Positions 57,367 through 64,000 of a stretch of DNA of 64,000 nt are shown here, in pieces. Position 1 is the first letter of the stretch. Each line of letters begins with the position of its first letter. The translations under genes were made by a program, and so were the position numbers. Origin of the DNA: a virus; IMG/VR virus record IMGVR_UViG_3300021185_002646, positions 1-64,000 of that record, one strand, 5' to 3'. The notes beneath the pieces were generated by a model. It was not told the origin of the DNA, did no database searches, and was given only the letters and a program-made list of their open reading frames with translations.

Positions 57367-59244
57367 TTGGCAATTAAAGCATTCAGTGGCGGTATACAAC
57401 AGTTCCCTATACCAGATTTCGTTTTAACGGAAAGCATTGCTGATGGCGATATTTTAGTTTATAGAGATATAGACAAAGCCTTTCACAATGAAACAGGTAA
57501 TTTTACAACATTAGCAGAAGTTAATGCCTTAATAGCAAACATTAACAGCGGTGGTAGTATTGATTTAAGCGATTATGTCACAACCACAGCATTAGCAACA
57601 CAGGTAGCAACACTTAACACATCAATTGGAACTAAAGCAGATACTACATATGTAGATGCTCAAATAGCCGCTATACCTGGCACAGATTTAAGTAATTATG
57701 TAACCAATGCATCATTGGCAGGTACAATAGCAAATTACGACTTGTCTTCAGAAGTAACAAGCAAGATTAATACTGCAATTGCAAACGCTTCATTTTTTGA
57801 TGGTGATTATAATAATCTTACTAATACTCCAGTAATTCCAGATTTAACAGGATATGCAACACAGACTTGGGTACAAAATCAAATAGCAAACACAACACTT
57901 GGTTCATTGTCTGATGTAAGCAGTACTGCACCAAGCACAGGTCAAGTACTTAAATGGAACGGTACAACATGGGCACCTGCAGCAGATGTTACATCTGGCG
58001 GAGGCGGAACTGATGCAGACACATTAGATAGTCAAGATGGCACTTACTATTTAGATTATAATAATTTTACTAACACACCAACATTATTTGATGGAGCATA
58101 TGGCTCTTTAACTGGTGCACCAACTATACCAGCAGACATAAGTGATTTAACTGATACAACAAATTTATTAACTGGTGCAGCTTATACTGATGCTAGTGTT
58201 GATACACATCTTAACAGAAGTTCAGCAACAACGAATCAAGTATTAAGTTGGAGTGGAACAGATTATGCCTGGGTTGCTCAAACAGGTGGCAGTGGTGGAG
58301 CAACTACATTAGGTGGATTATCAGACGTAAGTAGTACATCTCCAACAAATGGTCAAGTACTTAAATGGAATAGTACAAATTCAGAATGGGAACCAGCAGT
58401 AGATGCCACTTCGGGTGTTGGCGGAAGTAGTTATGCCACAGAAGCATATGTAGATCAAAAATTATTAGAACGTGGTGAACACTTTAGTGGTGACTATAAT
58501 GATTTAACTAATGCACCAACATTGTTTAGTGGAAACTTTGTAGACTTAAATGGTAAGCCAACTACAATTGCAGGTTATGGAATTACAGATTCACCAGATA
58601 GCCTTTTAGATTTAAATATAGTAGATGGTACAAATGGACAAGTATTAACAACAGACGGTTCAGGAAACTTTACATTTACAAATGCAGGATCATTTAACGG
58701 TGATTATAATTCATTAATTAACTTACCTAATTTGTTTAGTGGTAACTATAATGACCTAGCAAATCAACCTTACATTCCAAGTATAGCAGGATTGGCTTCA
58801 ACAACATATGTTGATAATAAAGTACAAGAACCTAATGTAAGCAAATATGTAAAAGTATCTAATGTAGTATTAGCACAACATGATAATTTTGTTATGTCAA
58901 TAGAAACAACAGATGCAACTCCAACAGAAGCATTATTAACTACTGGAAGCAGAATAGTAGTTGACGATGATAGTACAGTTATGTATAAAGTACACATAAT
59001 TGGTGCAGATGGAACTGATAATTATGGTATTAAATTACAAGGTATTATTGATAGAACTAGTGGAACATTAGCATTAATTGGTACTCCAAGTAAAGAAACC
59101 CTAGCAGATACCACAAGTGATACGTGGTCAGGTAGCGTTTCTGCTGATACTACAAACAATAGTTTAAAGATTTTAGTCACAGGCGAAGCATCAAAAACAG
59201 TAAATTGGACTATTTTTGTTGAACAAAACGTGGTAAAAAGATAG
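57367..59244 (+). CDS. tail fibre-like protein
   Basis: Repeated FSGDYNDL.N.P, DL..Y.T and LSDV...P..GQVLKWN motifs. Confidence 0.75.
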   Translation: MAIKAFSGGIQQFPIPDFVLTESIADGDILVYRDIDKAFHNETGNFTTLAEVNALIANINSGGSIDLSDYVTTTALATQVATLNTSIGTKADTTYVDAQIAAIPGTDLSNYVTNASLAGTIANYDLSSEVTSKINTAIANASFFDGDYNNLTNTPVIPDLTGYATQTWVQNQIANTTLGSLSDVSSTAPSTGQVLKWNGTTWAPAADVTSGGGGTDADTLDSQDGTYYLDYNNFTNTPTLFDGAYGSLTGAPTIPADISDLTDTTNLLTGAAYTDASVDTHLNRSSATTNQVLSWSGTDYAWVAQTGGSGGATTLGGLSDVSSTSPTNGQVLKWNSTNSEWEPAVDATSGVGGSSYATEAYVDQKLLERGEHFSGDYNDLTNAPTLFSGNFVDLNGKPTTIAGYGITDSPDSLLDLNIVDGTNGQVLTTDGSGNFTFTNAGSFNGDYNSLINLPNLFSGNYNDLANQPYIPSIAGLASTTYVDNKVQEPNVSKYVKVSNVVLAQHDNFVMSIETTDATPTEALLTTGSRIVVDDDSTVMYKVHIIGADGTDNYGIKLQGIIDRTSGTLALIGTPSKETLADTTSDTWSGSVSADTTNNSLKILVTGEASKTVNWTIFVEQNVVKR

Positions 59245-59313
59245 AATTTAGATAAATAAAAGTAGTGCAACAGCACAGAACTTTAAAAATAAACATTATT
59301 AGGAGAATATATA

Positions 59314-59619
59314 ATGGCAACAAGAAATCCAGCAAACGAAATTGAATTCGGTAAATTCAACTACGGTGCAACAATTACTTCATGGACTATCACAGCAGCA
59401 GCAGACGTTTCTGCAGAAGTTAATCCAGGTGAAGAAATGGAAGCAATTCTAGAGTGTGTAGCTCAAAAAGGTACAGTAATTGGTCTTTCTGATCACGCAA
59501 CAGGTGGTACTGTATTTACAGTAGCAGTTGAAAACAGCTCATGGGCTGACGCTTCAGAACTACAAACGGCTCTACAAGCATTATCACTAGCAACTGCCGG
59601 TGCAATGACAGTAGCGTAA
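59314..59619 (+). CDS. small virion protein (possibly abundant)
   Basis: Own late box, AGGAG RBS and terminator. Confidence 0.6.
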   Translation: MATRNPANEIEFGKFNYGATITSWTITAAADVSAEVNPGEEMEAILECVAQKGTVIGLSDHATGGTVFTVAVENSSWADASELQTALQALSLATAGAMTVA

Positions 59620-59644
59620 GTTACTTAGTTAATACAATTTAAAG

Positions 59645-59679
59645 AAAACCCAGTTTTAGAAATAGAACTGGGTTTTTTT
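59645..59679 (+). terminator. intrinsic terminator
   Basis: AAAACCCAGTT...AACTGGGTTTTTTT. Confidence 0.85.
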
Positions 59680-59731
59680 ATGACCAATATTATAAATTGG
59701 ATAAATACAATTATACAAGGAGATACAGATA

Positions 59732-60088
59732 ATGGCAAACACAGATTTAAACAATGACGGTAAAATATCATGGATGGAAGCATTTCCATATTGGTTTGAT
59801 AGATTACGTTTATTCCCTCGTGCATTTATTAGTATGTACATTTATTTACTATACAGAGTAACAGAATGGTTTATGGCACTGCCAGACCCAAGTATGCCAC
59901 AAGCAGGATTAGTTAGTGTTGTAGTTGGAGCAGGTGCGGCATGGTTTGGTCTCTATGTAAACAGTACTAGTGAAAACGATCAAAAGATCGTAGTGCAAAC
60001 TGATACTTCCACTTCAGGAACCCGTGCTAGTTATAGCGGTTCAGCAAGTGCAGAAGCAGATTATTCTACTAAAAAGAGCAAATACTAA
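59732..60088 (+). CDS. two-TM membrane protein
   Basis: RLFPR...WFM.L..P...QAGLVSVVVGAGAAWFGLY. Confidence 0.65.
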   Translation: MANTDLNNDGKISWMEAFPYWFDRLRLFPRAFISMYIYLLYRVTEWFMALPDPSMPQAGLVSVVVGAGAAWFGLYVNSTSENDQKIVVQTDTSTSGTRASYSGSASAEADYSTKKSKY

Positions 60089-60652
60089 ATGTATCAACAT
60101 CATATATTATTAAAAACAGCAGAACCTTTAGACAGTGAAACTGCAATGGACTGGTTGGGAATTTGCAAACGTTTCGCACCAGAGGGAGTTGTTTTCTCAT
60201 ATAATAAAGTAGTAAATGATCACGTAGAAGTTGCTATGGAATACGGCACAGATGATAACTGTCCTGAATTCCCACACACATACATAGTTCCACTAACAAG
60301 AGATTTAACCCAAGAAGAAACTGCAATAGTTGTTGCGGCTTGGGATTATAAATTTATTCCTGATTTTAATATTGAAATATCAAACATGTACGATGAAATG
60401 CAAGACGTAGAACTTGATATAGATCCTGAAATAGTAGAAAGTGCTACAATAGATTTAAACAAGTGGCATCACAATAGATGGCGTGATGAAATGCTTAGAG
60501 AAGGATGGCACTATGGATTGTATTTTAGCGAAAGTAAAAAATCACACCCAGCTCTTAGAGATTGGGATTCATTACCAGAAAGTCATAGACGCAGCCCGCA
60601 ATTTGATAACAAAGAAATATACGAATGGCTTCGTAAAAACGGCGTCAAATAA
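60089..60652 (+). CDS. RyR-repeat domain protein
   Basis: HNRW...GW.YG...K.HP.L..WD.LPE. Confidence 0.75.
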   Translation: MYQHHILLKTAEPLDSETAMDWLGICKRFAPEGVVFSYNKVVNDHVEVAMEYGTDDNCPEFPHTYIVPLTRDLTQEETAIVVAAWDYKFIPDFNIEISNMYDEMQDVELDIDPEIVESATIDLNKWHHNRWRDEMLREGWHYGLYFSESKKSHPALRDWDSLPESHRRSPQFDNKEIYEWLRKNGVK

Positions 60653-60656
60653 CAGG

Positions 60657-60685
60657 TTGACATAGCACACTAACCTTGCTATAAT
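60657..60685 (+). promoter_or_regulatory. sigma70 promoter
   Basis: TTGACA-17bp-TATAAT. Confidence 0.8.
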
Positions 60686-60715
60686 ATATACATAATTTTA
60701 CAATTAGAGGTATAT

Positions 60716-61732
60716 ATGGTAGGCAAAGTAGGTTTCGCGTGTAAGTATTTGCACCCCGATCAAACACAAAAGAAAAAGATACTTGAAGAAATTCAAAGAC
60801 CTCTAACAGAAAAAAGCACAACTATTCGTTGGCTTAATGAACAACATAAAGATGTAGCAGAACAGCGTTTGTGGGATATTATGGTACATAATACACAAGC
60901 AGTTTACAATCTTGTAGAGTATGTAGGTAATCTTCCAGAGAATCAACGCATGGTACGTTTAGGCAGTAATCAATTACCAGCCGCAACACACCCAGACTGG
61001 AGTTGGTATTGGAAACGAGCAGATGTAGTAGATTACGCATCTAAGCATTATGCAAGAGCAGGTGAGCTTGCACGACAATTAGGTGTGCGTCTTAGTATGC
61101 ACCCAGGTCAGTTTGTTGTACTAGCAAGCGATACACCAGAAATAGTAGAACGCAGTATAGAGGAGTTTGAATATCATGCGGATATCATCAGGTACATGGG
61201 TTACGGTAAGGAGTGGCAAGACTTCAAGTGTAACGTCCACATCTCCGGTAGACAAGGTCCAGCCGGTATCAAAGCCGCACTTCAACGATTGTCTCCAGAA
61301 GCACGAAACTGTATTACTATCGAAAATGACGAAAACGCATGGGGCCTTGATGCCTCACTCGAACTTGAAAAGGAGGTAGCACTAGTTGTCGACATACACC
61401 ACCACTGGGTTCATAGCGCCGGAGAATATATTACTCCAAGCGACGACCGTATTAAACGTGTCATTGATAGTTGGCGGGGCGTTCGTCCTGCTTGTCATTA
61501 TAGCGTTAGCCGTCAAGCTCTTTTGGAAGGACACCCAATAGATGTCAAGCCAGATTACAAAGCACTAATTGAACAAGGTTACAAAAAAGCAAAACTAAGA
61601 GCACACAGTGATCTTATGTGGAATACTGCCGTAAACGAATGGGCTGGTACTTTCCGTAAAGACTTTGACATTATGGTAGAAGCAAAAAGCAAAAACTTAG
61701 CAAGTATACCATTTGAGGAATCCACAAATTGA
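60716..61732 (+). CDS. uvsE: UV damage endonuclease
   Basis: GFAC, RLSMHPGQF.VL.S, IENDE, DIHHH, HYS, AHSD, MVEAK.K. Confidence 0.92.
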   Translation: MVGKVGFACKYLHPDQTQKKKILEEIQRPLTEKSTTIRWLNEQHKDVAEQRLWDIMVHNTQAVYNLVEYVGNLPENQRMVRLGSNQLPAATHPDWSWYWKRADVVDYASKHYARAGELARQLGVRLSMHPGQFVVLASDTPEIVERSIEEFEYHADIIRYMGYGKEWQDFKCNVHISGRQGPAGIKAALQRLSPEARNCITIENDENAWGLDASLELEKEVALVVDIHHHWVHSAGEYITPSDDRIKRVIDSWRGVRPACHYSVSRQALLEGHPIDVKPDYKALIEQGYKKAKLRAHSDLMWNTAVNEWAGTFRKDFDIMVEAKSKNLASIPFEESTN

Positions 61733-62004
61733 ATAAAATAATTAATTTTTTTAAACAAAGCTATGCAAACGATCGCATGGCTTTTTACGCAGAAATAGTA
61801 GAAACAACAGTTCTTATTATAGCAAGTGCAGTATTAAGTTTTACAATACTTGATCCTGCTACAACAATATTCGTTCCACTGTACCTAGTAGGAAGTATAC
61901 TAGCAGTATTCAGTACATATAGACGTGGAAGTAGTGCTATTGTGTTATGCACATGGTTTACTATTATGAATTCTTGGGCATTCGTACAACTTTTTATATT
62001 GTAA
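61729..62004 (+). CDS. small membrane protein
   Basis: Three hydrophobic segments. Confidence 0.6.
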   Translation: MNKIINFFKQSYANDRMAFYAEIVETTVLIIASAVLSFTILDPATTIFVPLYLVGSILAVFSTYRRGSSAIVLCTWFTIMNSWAFVQLFIL

Positions 62005-62050
62005 ACATAATTTAACATTTTGATAAATACTACAATAGGAGTTTATCATT

Positions 62051-63385
62051 ATGAGATTAGACAGTTTTACACATAAAGAAGTACCAGCAGATACAATTTT
62101 AAAAGAAATAGGCGTACCTAAAGACGAGCGAGAAGTTATATTAGAATTCTTGCCACTAATACCTGTTGCTTTATGGGCCGGTGGTGCGGCATGGACTGCC
62201 TATGATACATATCAAGCTAAAAAACAATTAGATGCAGGTAAAATAACACAAGCTCAATTTGCCGCTAGAGTAGGTACAGATGTAGCAATTGGTGTTGCAG
62301 GCGGTGTACTAGGTAAAATAGCTGGTAAAGGCTTTAAAGTAGGTAAAGAAATCTACAAAAGTAAAAAAGCAGCCAGGGCAGCTCAAAAGAAAACTGCTGA
62401 TATTCCAACTCCCAAAGATGCAGCAATCCCCCCAACAGGTATCAATGTAGTAGCAAATGCAGCCACAGATACTGCAACAGCTTCATCTAAAAAAGTTGTA
62501 CAAACTGCAAATCCAGGTGATACTATAAAAACTGCCAAAGGCGAATTCCTTGCAGGTGTAGATGGTAAAGCAACTACAACTAGAGTAAGTGCTCCTAACG
62601 CCTCAGCAGTCAAAGATCAAATATTAAAAATTGCTAATCCAGATTCATCTACTGCGGTAGCAGTAGTAAAACAAACAGATGATGCAGCCGAGATTGCGGC
62701 TAAAAGATCAGCTGCAACTACAGGTGGTGATGATTATGCACGTAACTATGTTAGAAATACTGCATTAGATAGAATGAAAGATTTACCAGCTGCAGGCCAA
62801 AAATCATTTATTAAATCTCTTGAAAAAGCACATCCTGGCATTGCAAAAGAATTAGGTGTTGATAATTTATTAGCACCAGCGGCTTCAGTGGCAACTAAGA
62901 CTGCTACTAAAACTACTACACAAGGAATAACTAGAGCACAACGTAACGCTATATCAAACATGGATAACGTACCAACTTCAAGTGCAACAAGAAACTCTGC
63001 ATCAGGAACAGGAGCTTCAGTGGTAGCGAAAACAGGTGATGATGTAGCATCAGCAGGTGCAAAGAAAGTTGATAATGTTACTCCAACTGGTACAGCACTA
63101 GCAAAAACAGGTGATGATGTAGCATCAGCAGGTGCAAAGAAAGTTGATAATGCTACTCCAACTGGTACAGCACTAGCAAAAACAGGTGATGATGTAGCAG
63201 CCGCGGCAGCAAAGAAAGCCGACGATGTTAAAGTTAAAGGTAAGGGCAAAGGCGACAAACCTGATAAACCTAATGCTAAACAAAAAGCTAAAGCAAGAAT
63301 GCGTGGATACTTTAGTAACTTAAACAAAGGCAACTATTGGGACACAGATTTAACAGGTGTTGCACAAAAATATGGATCTTTCTAA
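62051..63385 (+). CDS. Ala/Thr/Lys-rich protein, candidate internal virion/ejection protein
   Basis: Late box; VILE|FLPLIPVALWAGGAAW; low-complexity repeats. Confidence 0.6.
   Translation: MRLDSFTHKEVPADTILKEIGVPKDEREVILEFLPLIPVALWAGGAAWTAYDTYQAKKQLDAGKITQAQFAARVGTDVAIGVAGGVLGKIAGKGFKVGKEIYKSKKAARAAQKKTADIPTPKDAAIPPTGINVVANAATDTATASSKKVVQTANPGDTIKTAKGEFLAGVDGKATTTRVSAPNASAVKDQILKIANPDSSTAVAVVKQTDDAAEIAAKRSAATTGGDDYARNYVRNTALDRMKDLPAAGQKSFIKSLEKAHPGIAKELGVDNLLAPAASVATKTATKTTTQGITRAQRNAISNMDNVPTSSATRNSASGTGASVVAKTGDDVASAGAKKVDNVTPTGTALAKTGDDVASAGAKKVDNATPTGTALAKTGDDVAAAAAKKADDVKVKGKGKGDKPDKPNAKQKAKARMRGYFSNLNKGNYWDTDLTGVAQKYGSF
63024..63199 (+). repeat. 75-bp in-frame tandem repeat (about 2.3 copies)
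   Basis: Encodes AKTGDDVASAGAKKVDNxTPTGTAL. Confidence 0.9.
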
Positions 63386-64000
63386 ATGCTTATTAATGAA
63401 GTACTTATATATGAAGAACGATTAAATGCAAAGCCTATCATTAGTCCTGCTATAACAACTCTCGACAAAGTATTCAAAGACAACAATCACGAAATGCGTA
63501 TAGTAGGTGGTGCAGTAAGAGATATTGCATTAGGTAAATCACCCAAAGACATTGACTTTGCCACAGACGCTACTCCAGACGAAATGATGGCTATACTTGA
63601 TAAAGCAGGTATTAGACACAAACCTACAGGATTAGAACACGGTACTATTACTGCAATCCTAAACAACGAACCATTTGAAATCACAACACTAAGAGCAGAT
63701 ACAGAAACTGATGGCAGACATGCCAAAGTAGAGTTTGTTAAAAGTTGGGAAGAAGATGCTAAACGCAGAGACTTAACATACAATGCTATGAGCATGGACA
63801 TTGAAGGTAATGTTTATGACTACTTTGGCGGTATGGATGACTTACAAGATAAAGTAAGTAAGTTTGTTGGCGATGCAGAAGAAAGAATTACAGAAGATTA
63901 TTTACGCATATTGCGTTACTTCCGTTTCCAAGGTAGACTATCAAAACCTACCTGGGATGGTGATACACTAGAAGCAATTACAAAACACGCCAAAGGACTA
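63386..64000 (+). CDS. cca: CCA-adding tRNA nucleotidyltransferase (class II), 3'-truncated; not in ORF track
   Basis: MLINEVLIYEE...IVGGAVRD...KDIDFAT...EITTLR...EDAKRRDLTYNA...EDYLRILRYFRF. Confidence 0.92.
   Translation, partial: MLINEVLIYEERLNAKPIISPAITTLDKVFKDNNHEMRIVGGAVRDIALGKSPKDIDFATDATPDEMMAILDKAGIRHKPTGLEHGTITAILNNEPFEITTLRADTETDGRHAKVEFVKSWEEDAKRRDLTYNAMSMDIEGNVYDYFGGMDDLQDKVSKFVGDAEERITEDYLRILRYFRFQGRLSKPTWDGDTLEAITKHAKGL

Noticed and set aside
546-63801. Many minus-strand and alternate-frame ORFs in the track (e.g. 14953..15573, 30985..31710, 54510..55160, 62746..63333, 63487..63801)
   Set aside because: They are shadows of well-supported + strand genes, with no RBS or recognisable motifs.
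1-64000. Bacterial chromosome origin, suggested by clp, inf, rpsU, ssrA and iscU genes
   Set aside because: These genes are out of their bacterial operon context and interleaved with PAAR, tail fibre, endolysin, spanins and T4-type late boxes.
1-64000. Stop-codon reassignment, as in some large phages
   Set aside because: Conserved genes are full length under the standard code; TAG and TGA end genes normally; no suppressor tRNA.

Overview
This 64-kb AT-rich window is almost entirely + strand and densely coding. It reads as part of a large T4-like (myovirus-type) bacteriophage genome, not a cellular chromosome. Evidence for that: a PAAR spike, tail-fibre-like proteins, a GH19 endolysin with a holin candidate, overlapping spanins, T4-type late promoter boxes (nATAAATA) and consensus sigma70 early promoters. 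The host is probably an alphaproteobacterium, possibly marine, judging from the circularly permuted tmRNA with a GGCAGTA T-loop, a DUF1127 protein and a ROSE-like element. The window holds an unusually complete translation and proteostasis toolkit: a two-piece tmRNA (tag ANANYEPEMALAA), ClpP, ClpX, ClpA, ClpS, Hsp20, a DnaJ-like protein, IF-1, IF-3, ribosomal protein bS21, 10 tRNAs, a CCA-adding enzyme and a Mesh1/SpoT-like HD hydrolase. It also carries nucleotide, redox and Fe-S genes (nrdAB, glutaredoxin, guaC, fpr, peroxiredoxin, iscU, sufE, phoH, speD, uvsE, DNA ligase). Least-explained elements: (1) a multi-hairpin non-coding element with an 8-nt long-range complementarity, leading a three-small-protein operon that ends in DUF1127; (2) enzymes (CCA enzyme, P-loop kinase, KWDG ligase-like protein) with N-terminal leaders resembling prohead-protease cleavage sites, suggesting virion delivery; (3) a palindromic operator inside repeated early promoters; (4) two apparent pseudo-enzymes. 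All product calls come from motif recognition by eye; no database searches were run.
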